A stretch of DNA of 44,150 nt from a virus (taxonomy: Duplodnaviria > Heunggongvirae > Uroviricota > Caudoviricetes): IMG/VR virus record IMGVR_UViG_3300045988_004957; one strand, given 5' to 3'. This document shows positions 10,105 through 19,197 of this stretch, piece by piece. Each line of letters starts with the position of its first letter. Position 1 is the first letter of the stretch. Position numbers and translations under genes: made by a program. The notes under the pieces were generated by a model, which saw only the letters and a list, made by a program, of their open reading frames with translations, was not told where the DNA came from and ran no database searches.

Positions 10105-11502
10105 TTAACTGTCCACATTAAAATCAATACGGGTGATGTACTTGCTTCCCCACGCAGAGTCTGCTTGAGGGATGGCGGCGTAACCGTCAACAGACGGAAC
10201 GTTTACCACAGAGCCGTCTGAATATGTAATATCAATGCTTGTTGCACCGTTCATTACTACTTTTGCCGATGCCGTCGTTCGGGTTACCGGTGACGATTCG
10301 GTTACTATTGGCGACGTGGCAAAAGGTGATTTTTCTATTTGCATCGCGCACACTAATATCCCACTAACCCCGTCACCGACAAATGAACCAACGGCGGAGT
10401 TGTTGTACACCCATGACGCTAAAAGCAGAGAAGATGCGCCGCCCTGGCGTATAGCTACCGTTTCTGTAAATCGATACCAACCATCGCCAAGCTCTGCTAT
10501 ATCGCTGCCGGGGGCGCCTGCGTAAATAACCCCTGTCGATAAGTTAGCAACACAATCCGCGATAAACCCAGCATCATCAGCGGCGCGAAGTCTCGCATAA
10601 TTATAACCATAGGCCTTAGCAACGTAACTGAGAGTGTATACATCACCCTCCGCAAAAGCGGAAGACACCGATTGATATACGAGATGGCTGTCGTTTGTCT
10701 GGTTCTGGACTAGCGAGAACGTACCACCGTTTAGAAATCCGTCAACTGCATCCGACACTGTTGTTCTAGTTTTAGTCCACGATGCGTCAGATAATTTCGA
10801 CGATTTAATCAGGATATTACTGGACGCGGATTCCGGCGGAACACGTCCAACAGCAACCCCATCAATAAACGTAAGAGGCCATTCATTAGCGGCGGACTGC
10901 ACAAGATTGCCGTTGCGGTTGATGTAATAAACCTGCGGCGCGTCATACACAATGCGGCTATCAAGAGTCGACGCCAGAAGGTTAATCGGTGGATACCCGG
11001 CAGGCCCTTCATTGCTCCAGATGCGCGGGAACGTTGTCTCATAGTTCGCGTATATTTTCAGGAAACTGCCCAGGCAATCACCATAACAGCCATACAAATC
11101 TGGCAGATTGTTAATCAGACACTGGTTCTCGAGGTCCTGGAACGGTGATTTCTCAGCGGTTGCCGTGAAAGTAATTGTCCAGTTAATCCCGTCTTCAGTG
11201 GACTCGGCGACGGTGGATGTAATGGTGACTTGATAATCCTCAATACCCATGCCGAAGTCGTGCGCCATCCAGAAACTTGACGCGCCACCATCGACTTTCT
11301 CGAGGAACGACAGAAACGCCTGCCGCCCCATTGCGGATGTAATCAGGGTTACGCTTATTGGGAACACATCATAATACGTGTCACGGCCTTGACGCACTCC
11401 GCCACCGGCTAAATCTACACTCCAGACGTTGTTGCGTCTGGTCATTGAGTAGCCTTTCGATACCACCGGCTTAAGGCTACGTGGGAAATATAAGTCGCTC
11501 AT
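10105..11502 (-). CDS. minor tail protein (distal tail region)
   Basis: 465 aa ORF immediately downstream of tape measure gene. Confidence 0.5.
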   Translation of the reverse strand: MSDLYFPRSLKPVVSKGYSMTRRNNVWSVDLAGGGVRQGRDTYYDVFPISVTLITSAMGRQAFLSFLEKVDGGASSFWMAHDFGMGIEDYQVTITSTVAESTEDGINWTITFTATAEKSPFQDLENQCLINNLPDLYGCYGDCLGSFLKIYANYETTFPRIWSNEGPAGYPPINLLASTLDSRIVYDAPQVYYINRNGNLVQSAANEWPLTFIDGVAVGRVPPESASSNILIKSSKLSDASWTKTRTTVSDAVDGFLNGGTFSLVQNQTNDSHLVYQSVSSAFAEGDVYTLSYVAKAYGYNYARLRAADDAGFIADCVANLSTGVIYAGAPGSDIAELGDGWYRFTETVAIRQGGASSLLLASWVYNNSAVGSFVGDGVSGILVCAMQIEKSPFATSPIVTESSPVTRTTASAKVVMNGATSIDITYSDGSVVNVPSVDGYAAIPQADSAWGSKYITRIDFNVDS

Positions 11503-13841
11503 TATTTAAACCCCGGCGCATTTCTTGTGGCCTTGCGGGCCTTGCTAATCTTACTGTTACTGTTCTGCAAAGAGGCAGCCACTTGCTCCTCGATGATGAT
11601 ACGCAAACGGCCTTCATCATCTTGCTCAGTGGATACGTTGCCGATTTGAGAACTCGTGTTGTTTACGATAGTAACATTAGACGGTCCGGAAGAAGACCCG
11701 TTTTGCCCCATAATTTCTTTCATCTGCTGTGCGGTGCGTACACGTGACGCACCAGCGGGCATGATAACTTCTGGTTTACCGCGTTCGGCGATGGTTGAAG
11801 CCTGCCCCGCGGATAACTGTCCGCCCTGTTCACGTGCGGACCTGATAGCGGAAATCTGCGCCATACCCGCCCCAACGGCAGCAGCGGCAGCTACAGGAGC
11901 CAGGAACGGGCCAACTACAGGGATAGCCGCTGTTGACTTATACGCCTCAATAGCCGCGGTGTACGTGGCTATAGTGGCCTGCACGATAGCGAATGCCTTG
12001 TACGCGCCAGAAGCCTCGCCCAAAGCCGAACCGATGTTTGAGGCCATGTTACCGAAGGCCGTTGCCGTTGCGTCGGCACGCTTCGTGGCGTACTGCTCGT
12101 TGATGGCATTAAGCGCAGCCTGATACTGCTTCTCACTAATCAAACCCTGCTCGCGGTACTTATCTGCTACCGACAGTTTCTGCTGTTCCTGAATGTTGAG
12201 AAGCTCAAGCTCAGCGGCGTTCTGACCCATAATCTGAGCCATGAAGTCTTCACCTTTCTGGTTCTTTTCCTGCCGTTCTTTCTCTCGTTTAGCGAGTTCC
12301 TCCTGGCGAGCAGTGTCCGCTTCCAGCATAATCTGCGTCTTGGCGTTTTCGTACTGCTGGTCGCTAAGAAGCTGATTGCCGTAAAACTCCTGTAGCTTGG
12401 TTAACTGCTGTTCCTGGTTGGCTTCTATTTTCTGGAATACGTCATCATTGAGATGAATTGACTGATAGTAGAAATCCTCCGCGGCTTTCTTCTGGCGCTC
12501 GAACGCATCCGCTGCTTTCTTAGCGGCTTTTGCACCCGCGCTATCATCTTCAGATCCGCCGCCGGTACCAGTTACCTTAAATTTACTAAGCCCTTCTTCC
12601 TTAGCGGCTTCTTTGTCGATGTCATACGCTGCGCGTTTAAGCGCGACGATATTTTGCTGAGCCTCCACCTGTTCGCGGAAACTTTTACGTGTCAGGTCCG
12701 CAACGTCGCGCTGAGTATCCAGTGCCATCCCCAGCTGGAAGTTAATATTTTTTGCTACGTCTACGGATTCCCCTGGTGTGAAGGCGGCCTTAACCAGCCG
12801 ACCGGCATCCTGCGCCCCTTTAACCATATCCTCAAAGAAGCGCTCCATCGCGGTAAATTCTTCCGCGATGAAATCGAGCGCATCGGCGGCTGATTCCGCT
12901 ATGGTTGTCGCCGTTTGTTCGCCGCTATCCGTGATACTTTTGCTACTAAAATCCCAAAGCTCATTTAGCCCGTTTATCGCATCACCCACGAAACCAAATG
13001 CCGCGTCGAATGACATCTCTATTGCGCTTCCTACTTCCGACGCGATGTCACCCCACATACGCATCTCTGCGGCAAGTTCACCGGATGCAACCTGTGCGTT
13101 AAGTTCCTGGATTAAATCATCGATGTATCGGATAGGTTCGGCGAGCGCACCAACATCAAGACTGGTAGCCAGTGTCATTTTTAACTGCGACCATGAGTCG
13201 CTGGCACTGGCGATGGCCCCGTTAAGTGTGTTGGCCTGGTCCGCCATAGCCCCCGCGAAGTTTACGTTACCGATGTTGAGCAGGTATTGCTCGATGTCGG
13301 CAGCGCTCTTCTTAACTACCGTAGTAGTACCCTGGAATGTAAATTCAACATCGTTTTTGTTCTGTTTGGCCTTGATACCAAATTCTTTAAGGCGCTCAAA
13401 TTCAAAAGTACTAGCGTCTGCAACCGCCTCAATCATCTGATTCAGGTCTTTACCCATAGCAGCGGCGGTGTTTCCGTAGGAACGCAACGCTTCTTCTGAC
13501 GGTGTAAGACCAAGCGCCACAAGTTTACGGAATCCCTCTACCGCCTGTTCAAGGCCATACGGAGTGTCGCGCGCGAAGTCTTGCAGGATGCTTAACGCCT
13601 GTCTTGCACCCTGCGTGCTTCCGGTTAGTGTTTTCAGGCTGGCGGACATCTTGTCCAGTTGCCGTTGGGATTCTACCAGTTCCTGTGCGGCCTTGTAAGC
13701 GGTAGCGGCGACGATGGAAGCGAGGCCCGCTACCGCAGCTCCGGCTACCTTTGCAGACTTGGAAAGGTTATCAAGACGGTCTGATGTAGCTTTCGCGCCT
13801 TGCTCTGATACTTTTACAACTAAACTAGCTACATCAGCCAT
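11502..13841 (-). CDS. tail tape measure protein
   Basis: 779 aa, Ala/Gln/Glu-rich helical protein downstream of chaperone pair. Confidence 0.8.
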   Translation of the reverse strand: MADVASLVVKVSEQGAKATSDRLDNLSKSAKVAGAAVAGLASIVAATAYKAAQELVESQRQLDKMSASLKTLTGSTQGARQALSILQDFARDTPYGLEQAVEGFRKLVALGLTPSEEALRSYGNTAAAMGKDLNQMIEAVADASTFEFERLKEFGIKAKQNKNDVEFTFQGTTTVVKKSAADIEQYLLNIGNVNFAGAMADQANTLNGAIASASDSWSQLKMTLATSLDVGALAEPIRYIDDLIQELNAQVASGELAAEMRMWGDIASEVGSAIEMSFDAAFGFVGDAINGLNELWDFSSKSITDSGEQTATTIAESAADALDFIAEEFTAMERFFEDMVKGAQDAGRLVKAAFTPGESVDVAKNINFQLGMALDTQRDVADLTRKSFREQVEAQQNIVALKRAAYDIDKEAAKEEGLSKFKVTGTGGGSEDDSAGAKAAKKAADAFERQKKAAEDFYYQSIHLNDDVFQKIEANQEQQLTKLQEFYGNQLLSDQQYENAKTQIMLEADTARQEELAKREKERQEKNQKGEDFMAQIMGQNAAELELLNIQEQQKLSVADKYREQGLISEKQYQAALNAINEQYATKRADATATAFGNMASNIGSALGEASGAYKAFAIVQATIATYTAAIEAYKSTAAIPVVGPFLAPVAAAAAVGAGMAQISAIRSAREQGGQLSAGQASTIAERGKPEVIMPAGASRVRTAQQMKEIMGQNGSSSGPSNVTIVNNTSSQIGNVSTEQDDEGRLRIIIEEQVAASLQNSNSKISKARKATRNAPGFK

Positions 13842-14193
13842 CGTTTCTACCCTCGAAAATAGCGTCTAAGCTCATGATGATGTCAGATTCAAACATGCCT
13901 ATATTCTGGCCTGAAACGGTGCTGTATGCCACTAAATCCGACCATCTTAACTGTTCGCGCGGGTACATCTTGATGCCATCGTCATCCACTCGGCGGGTAA
14001 ATTTGATTTCCCGGTACTTCTCGAAGGTGGTTAATAGTTCAGGGGGGCATTCCGGCCCGGTGTCCTGCGTTGCTTCCGGCGCATCTTGCATAACCCCCAT
14101 AGCAATTAGCGCGGCTTTATGCCCGTCGGCAATACTGTCAAACTCCCGCCGTTTGTGGCGGGCTATGAAGTTCCAACGGGCAAACTGGAGCAA
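13834..14193 (-). CDS. tail assembly chaperone, T-like frame
   Basis: ORF in the -1 frame relative to the upstream chaperone, beginning before its stop; annotated start is TTG. Confidence 0.5.
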   Translation of the reverse strand: MLQFARWNFIARHKRREFDSIADGHKAALIAMGVMQDAPEATQDTGPECPPELLTTFEKYREIKFTRRVDDDGIKMYPREQLRWSDLVAYSTVSGQNIGMFESDIIMSLDAIFEGRNDG

Positions 14194-14198
14194 CGCGT

Positions 14199-14615
14199 CT
14201 ACTTTTCCTGCAATTGGTGAAGCTGTTCGTTGTGGAAAACAACAACGTGTTCAGCGAGGCGTTTATATTGTGAAAAAAGAGTATTCAGGTTCTCTTTATT
14301 AAATTCATCGTCGAGACTCCAACCGTTAACCAGTTCAAGTGCTAACTGGCGGTTAAGGTCCGTCGCGGCGTCTTCCATCTTAATGTTATATTCCGAGAAA
14401 TCTTTCAGTTCCTCGCATTTATCACGAAGCGGCTTCAGTTTACCTAACGACGCGCGGTACGCCAGGGTAAATGCACGCATGGCTTTAACCGCAACGTCTG
14501 CCTCCGGTGAAACAACGTTCAGCCACTCCCCTGAATCGGTGCCGTCTTTCAGTGGGATCGGCATACGGGCGCCTTTTTCTGCCTCAGCTTCGTAATAAAA
14601 ATCAGAAAGTTTCAT
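14199..14615 (-). CDS. tail assembly chaperone (G-like)
   Basis: 138 aa acidic ORF immediately upstream of the overlapping T-like frame and tape measure. Confidence 0.55.
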   Translation of the reverse strand: MKLSDFYYEAEAEKGARMPIPLKDGTDSGEWLNVVSPEADVAVKAMRAFTLAYRASLGKLKPLRDKCEELKDFSEYNIKMEDAATDLNRQLALELVNGWSLDDEFNKENLNTLFSQYKRLAEHVVVFHNEQLHQLQEK

Positions 14616-14722
14616 TCTTTAATCCTTTGGTTAAGAGGTTACGGGTTAAGGTTAATGCGCCAGACGGGAACCACCCGCTTTTCGTGTGCGACACTAGGCG
14701 CAAAATTATTCTATCACATTAC

Positions 14723-14751
14723 TTGCACACCCCAATATAATAGTGTACTAT
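14723..14751 (+). promoter_or_regulatory. sigma70-like promoter with embedded dyad (site 1)
   Basis: TTGCAC-17 bp-TACTAT; dyad AATAGT-GT-ACTATT at 14739..14752; 40 bp upstream of ATG 14793. Confidence 0.55.
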
Positions 14752-14792
14752 TCACTTACACCAACGATGTTATCCCAAACAGGAGCTACACC

Positions 14793-14984
14793 ATGACGGG
14801 TATTACTATGTTCTTCTTAATCATTATCGTTTTAGTTTATTTTATTCCATTTCTCGTGGCGCATATGCGCGACCATAAAGCGAAATTAGCGATATTCATG
14901 GCTAATCTGTTTCTTGGATGGGTTCTGCTGCCGTGGGTATTTATTTTAATCTGGGCTTGCAACTCGAATGTCAAAGAGAAGTGA
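14793..14984 (+). CDS. superinfection-immunity-like small membrane protein
   Basis: 63 aa, two TM helices, FIPFLVAHMRDH ... NLFLGWVLLPW pattern recalls Imm-type proteins; SD AGGAG 7 nt upstream. Confidence 0.5.
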   Translation: MTGITMFFLIIIVLVYFIPFLVAHMRDHKAKLAIFMANLFLGWVLLPWVFILIWACNSNVKEK

Positions 14985-15021
14985 GCTAGTATAGGACAAA
15001 TCCTAAGCACTAGGAATAAAC

Positions 15022-16152
15022 ATGGCCCGGAAGAAAATAACCGACGAACAGTTGCAGGAAGAATTGAACGCCGGTATGAAGAATGTAGATATCGCCCGTA
15101 AATACGGCATCTCAGACCGCGTAATTCGTATCCGTAAAGCGAAGCTGGCTAAGAAAGGCGTGGGCCACGGGCGCGACGTTAGCCACCTTGTGCCAGACGG
15201 CTACAAGATTAAAGGAACGTCGTCACTTGTGGACGAGTTCGGCAACACTAAGTTGCAATGGGTTAAGACTGATACCGACGCCGAACGTCAGGTTGAATTG
15301 ATGAAAGCCGTAATAGAGGGCATGAAGTCAGAGATTACGCCCGTTGCGCCTGTTAAAGCGGCGCGCGCCAAACGTGACGACAAGCTACTCAATCTTTACA
15401 CTGTATCTGATTTCCATCTCGGTATGCTGGCATGGGCCGATGAGAGCGGCGACGACTGGGACATGAAGATTGCAGAAGACCTGTTCTCTCGGTGGTTCGA
15501 CGCGGCGTTTCAGAAAGCACCGGATGCAGGAACAGGAGTTATTAACCTGCTTGGGGACTTCGCACACTTCGATAGTCTTGATGCCGTTACCCCGGAGTCG
15601 CGCCATGTATTAGATGCGGATACTCGCTATCAGAAACTGGTACGTTACATGATTCGTATGGTCCGCCGTGTTGTTGATATGGCGCTGGTTAAGCATCACA
15701 CAGTAAAACTTTTAATCGTTCAAGGTAACCACGACCCTGTTGGCTCCGTATGGCTTGCCGAAATGTTCACGGTTTTATACTCAAACGACAGCCGAGTGAT
15801 TGTTGATACGTCGCCGGATGTTTACAAGATGGTGCAACACGGCAAAACGACGCTGTTCTTCCATCACGGGCATAAAGCACGATTCGACGCTATCGAACCG
15901 GTTATGATTGCCAAGTTCCGTAAAGCGTTCGGCGAGAGTGTTTACAGCTACGCCCACGTAGGCCATCTGCACCACCAGAAGATTGTAGAAAGCCGTAACA
16001 TGATTATTGAGCAACACCGCACCTTAGCGGCTAAAGACGCCTACGCCTCTCGCGGCGGATGGATGTCGGGCCGCAGTGCAAATGTAATTACTTATAGCGC
16101 CGAATATGGCGAGGTCGCACGTTTAACTATTTCACCGGAGATGCTGGGATGA
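15022..16152 (+). CDS. metallophosphoesterase with N-terminal HTH-like region
   Basis: Calcineurin-like motifs DxH (SDFHLG), GDxxD (GDFAHFD), GNHD (QGNHDP), HHGH, GHLHH; basic HTH-like N-terminus. Confidence 0.7.
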   Translation: MARKKITDEQLQEELNAGMKNVDIARKYGISDRVIRIRKAKLAKKGVGHGRDVSHLVPDGYKIKGTSSLVDEFGNTKLQWVKTDTDAERQVELMKAVIEGMKSEITPVAPVKAARAKRDDKLLNLYTVSDFHLGMLAWADESGDDWDMKIAEDLFSRWFDAAFQKAPDAGTGVINLLGDFAHFDSLDAVTPESRHVLDADTRYQKLVRYMIRMVRRVVDMALVKHHTVKLLIVQGNHDPVGSVWLAEMFTVLYSNDSRVIVDTSPDVYKMVQHGKTTLFFHHGHKARFDAIEPVMIAKFRKAFGESVYSYAHVGHLHHQKIVESRNMIIEQHRTLAAKDAYASRGGWMSGRSANVITYSAEYGEVARLTISPEMLG

Positions 16153-16637
16153 AAGATATTGTAATTTTCGATTTAGACGGGACATTGGCCGACGGTACCC
16201 ATCGCTTACACCTGTTACCAAAAGATAACTACGGAGAAACGTGGGCGTGGAAGCCATTTAACATGGCCTGCAAAGATGACGCTCCGATATACGACAATAT
16301 CCATTTGTGTAGCGTACTGTGGCATTCCGGACTTACTATAATTATCCTTACCGGGCGAAGTGATGACGCTGAGGAGGAGACTCGCGAATGGTTACGAGAG
16401 AATAACGTTAGGTTTGACACGCTAATCATGCGCAGCAAACACGACAACAGAAAAGACATCGTAATTAAAGAAGAGGTGTTGCGTGCTTTCGGACTGGAAA
16501 GAATCTTGTGTGCGTTCGACGACTCTCCAGCGGTAATAAAGCATTTCCGTGACCTCGGCATAACCGCACACGCAGTTACCGAATACGACTGTAACGGGAA
16601 CTCTACACACTTAAAACCACACGGGAGCGATAAATAA
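16149..16637 (+). CDS. HAD-superfamily phosphatase
   Basis: N-terminal DxDGT motif (FDLDGTLADGT) and downstream Asp-rich motif; ATGA overlap with upstream gene. Confidence 0.65.
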   Translation: MKDIVIFDLDGTLADGTHRLHLLPKDNYGETWAWKPFNMACKDDAPIYDNIHLCSVLWHSGLTIIILTGRSDDAEEETREWLRENNVRFDTLIMRSKHDNRKDIVIKEEVLRAFGLERILCAFDDSPAVIKHFRDLGITAHAVTEYDCNGNSTHLKPHGSDK

Positions 16638-17191
16638 TGGCTAAGGTAATTATTCTTAATGGCCCCGCGGGTTGCGGGAAAGACACGCTTGCTATGGCGC
16701 TGGTAGAAATGGGCTTTGCGAAAGGAACTACCAGTTTCAAGAATCCAATGTTCAATATTGCTTTGGCAGCGTTAGGCCAGGATGCTTACCACGAATTTCT
16801 CGACGGCTACGACGACCGGGCGCGGAAAGAAAAACCCGAGGGTTTTCTTAATGGGTTGTCCCGCCGCCAGTTAATGATTGCCATTTCTGAGCAATTCATT
16901 AAACCGGTATTCGGCGATGATTATTTCGGTAAGTATCTTGCTGAAAACTTGCCTGACGGCGACGAAGTTTTTGTAGTGTCCGACGGTGGATTCGCCAGTG
17001 AAGTTGCCCCTATCGTCGCCGCGGGGCATGACGTGCGAATCGTCCGCCTCCATCGTGACGGCTATACGTTCATCGGCGATAGCCGTGGCTATCTGTACGA
17101 TGTTAGTGGTGTAAAAGATTACGACACCTACATCATACCGGGTGACGTTAAATCGAACGTTATAGACATTGCTTTAAAATTAGGTTTGTAA
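16637..17191 (+). CDS. P-loop kinase (dNMP-kinase-like)
   Basis: Walker A with GKDT variant (NGPAGCGKDTLA); 184 aa; last gene before terminator. Confidence 0.6.
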   Translation: MAKVIILNGPAGCGKDTLAMALVEMGFAKGTTSFKNPMFNIALAALGQDAYHEFLDGYDDRARKEKPEGFLNGLSRRQLMIAISEQFIKPVFGDDYFGKYLAENLPDGDEVFVVSDGGFASEVAPIVAAGHDVRIVRLHRDGYTFIGDSRGYLYDVSGVKDYDTYIIPGDVKSNVIDIALKLGL

Positions 17192-17195
17192 GAAA

Positions 17196-17222
17196 AAGGC
17201 CCCGAAAGGGGCCTTAGTTTTA
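17196..17222. terminator. bidirectional rho-independent terminator
   Basis: AAGGCCCC-GAAA-GGGGCCTT followed by AGTTTTA; near-identical to the terminator at 4644. Confidence 0.7.
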
Positions 17223-18392
17223 TGCGTAGGTGATACGTTGAATTACGATAGACGACTGGTACTGATTGCCGGTAGCCTGGCCTTCAATGGACTGAGTGAT
17301 TGACTCAGGCCCACCAATCTCAGGTGTAACCGCCGTAAGCTCTGCTCGTTTCAAACTGAAAGACATAGCCCCGTTTACCCCTGCCAGAATAGAGTTAATC
17401 TCTACCTGCTGCTCGTTGATAAACTTCTGAATCATCGCCATGTCGTACAGCTTGCCAGAGATAGAGAATGTGTTAGCTGCGCGTCCACGTTCGACGAACG
17501 CCACGCTACTGTTACCGAGTTCGAACTGCGCGGAAGCTCCGTTGTCGTTGGTGATGGTGAGAGTATCGCAACGCAACGGCGTGGAGCCATCGAACACCGA
17601 CACATCTACCGACGAGAACGGCTCATCGGTGAACGTAACCTGAGAGAAATCAGAGCCAGACGGCGGCGCGGTAAGAATCTCCTGACTCAGGCCGATGAAC
17701 GGGAAGCTGCCGGTGACCATGGCGTTAACCGCCTGCTCTACGGTAAAGCCAGAGATTTCCACACCTTTGGTCAGCATGTACGCGTCCGGGTTACCACACT
17801 GGCCCTTGAACCACGTCAGGATGGAGAACGTCTTACACGCGTTACCGGTTTCCAGCTTGTCGCCAGTTTTTGCGTCAGTGGTTACTGTCTCTGCTGTCAG
17901 CGTGTGCTGAATACCTGCGCCCGTAACTACCAGAGCGGAAACCGCGGTCACGATAAACGGTTTTGCGTTGTCGCCGGTTAAGTCGGTGAACGCAATAAGG
18001 TCGCCAACTTCTACACCGTCAGTAATGAAGCTACCGGCAGCGCGGGTGAATGTTTTACCTGCTGGGGCGACCATAATTTCGGCGCCAGTAATCTCTACCC
18101 CAGCTTGCCACGTAGAAGTCATCGCTCCCGCAAGGAAATCATCCTGGCTACGAGAGCTAAGTTCGATGGCGTACTCCCCGCTAACCTGTTTGTTACCGGT
18201 TCGGATGGATGTAGTTTCACGGCTGCCGTCTAGTTCGTTGGAAGTCAGCGCATCGCGGGTTACGGCAGGAACACCGCCAGTGTTACGCAACGGCGACCAG
18301 ACAGGGTTAGCCGGTGTTACGCCCGGGGTAGTTTCCGCCACATAGAATTGCGCGGTATTCGCGCCCTTAAAAGGAGTTGTAGCCATATTCAC
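17220..18392 (-). CDS. putative major tail protein
   Basis: 390 aa Thr/Gly/Ala-rich ORF at the position of a major tail subunit. Confidence 0.5.
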   Translation of the reverse strand: MNMATTPFKGANTAQFYVAETTPGVTPANPVWSPLRNTGGVPAVTRDALTSNELDGSRETTSIRTGNKQVSGEYAIELSSRSQDDFLAGAMTSTWQAGVEITGAEIMVAPAGKTFTRAAGSFITDGVEVGDLIAFTDLTGDNAKPFIVTAVSALVVTGAGIQHTLTAETVTTDAKTGDKLETGNACKTFSILTWFKGQCGNPDAYMLTKGVEISGFTVEQAVNAMVTGSFPFIGLSQEILTAPPSGSDFSQVTFTDEPFSSVDVSVFDGSTPLRCDTLTITNDNGASAQFELGNSSVAFVERGRAANTFSISGKLYDMAMIQKFINEQQVEINSILAGVNGAMSFSLKRAELTAVTPEIGGPESITQSIEGQATGNQYQSSIVIQRITYA

Positions 18393-18805
18393 AGCCTCTT
18401 GGTGAATGCAATAAAGTTAATTGACAATGGTCGTTTGGCCCATCCGTTTTCTACAATCAGCGGCCCCAGGCTAACCGATTGAACCTCGGCGCAGATGTCG
18501 TTACGTGAAAATGACTTACCTGATTTAAACGCCGTGTTAAGTAAGTCTGCCATTTTATTGATTGGCGCGCTACCCTTCACCGATGCGTAGTTAATGTCGA
18601 CCTGATAAATACCAGAGCGTTGTTCCGTGAAGAATAAGTCAGCCTGCTCGGTATCCGCCAGCAACATGTAACTTGCCAGATACGGCGTATCTGTTGACGT
18701 CGGCGCGTCGATGTTTTCAAGCGCTACCTTGATGCCGTTGGTGGTTCCGAAGGCTACCAGCGGCACATCAAACGCTTTTGTTAAGTCCTCAAAGTAGCCC
18801 ATCAT
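18389..18805 (-). CDS. putative tail completion / terminator protein
   Basis: 138 aa ORF immediately upstream of major tail gene; ATGA coupling. Confidence 0.4.
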   Translation of the reverse strand: MMGYFEDLTKAFDVPLVAFGTTNGIKVALENIDAPTSTDTPYLASYMLLADTEQADLFFTEQRSGIYQVDINYASVKGSAPINKMADLLNTAFKSGKSFSRNDICAEVQSVSLGPLIVENGWAKRPLSINFIAFTKRL

Positions 18806-19197
18806 CTCACCTTGCTAGCTTCTTCGTTAATGAGTTGCTGGAAGCGGGACACGTTAGTCCTGACGAATCCTTGCGGGGCCTGTTGCGACCAGCCATACTC
18901 CAGCCGTTGTGCATACGGCAGGTTATTTGTCAGCGTGAACTCATGCCAGTCGGTGGCTTTCAGCACGAAACTTGTAGCGTTTCCGGTTGCTGTGTTTCCT
19001 GATTTATCCGTAGCATCCGTAATCCCGGAAGCAGGAGTACCGCCAGATGCCATCCAGTTCATGCGAAACCGACCAGTATCTACCGGACTCGCCTTTATAA
19101 TAGCGGAAAACAGCTTGATAGACACCTGACGCATCACCTTCTCAGGGTTCTTCTTCGCCTTTTCCACGAACTTAGAGACGTCCAGCGCGAAACTCAT
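18802..19197 (-). CDS. HK97 gp10-like head-tail protein
   Basis: PVDTGRFRMNW motif characteristic of gp10-type neck proteins. Confidence 0.5.
   Translation of the reverse strand: MSFALDVSKFVEKAKKNPEKVMRQVSIKLFSAIIKASPVDTGRFRMNWMASGGTPASGITDATDKSGNTATGNATSFVLKATDWHEFTLTNNLPYAQRLEYGWSQQAPQGFVRTNVSRFQQLINEEASKVR

Noticed and set aside
12778-13440. 220-aa plus-strand ORF
   Set aside because: Lies entirely inside the tape measure gene on the opposite strand; low-complexity Ser/Ala-rich product
14723-14745. Reading TTGCAC and the nearby TATAAT as a -35/-10 pair
   Set aside because: Only 7 bp apart; TTGCAC-17 bp-TACTAT gives correct spacing at all four copies of the element
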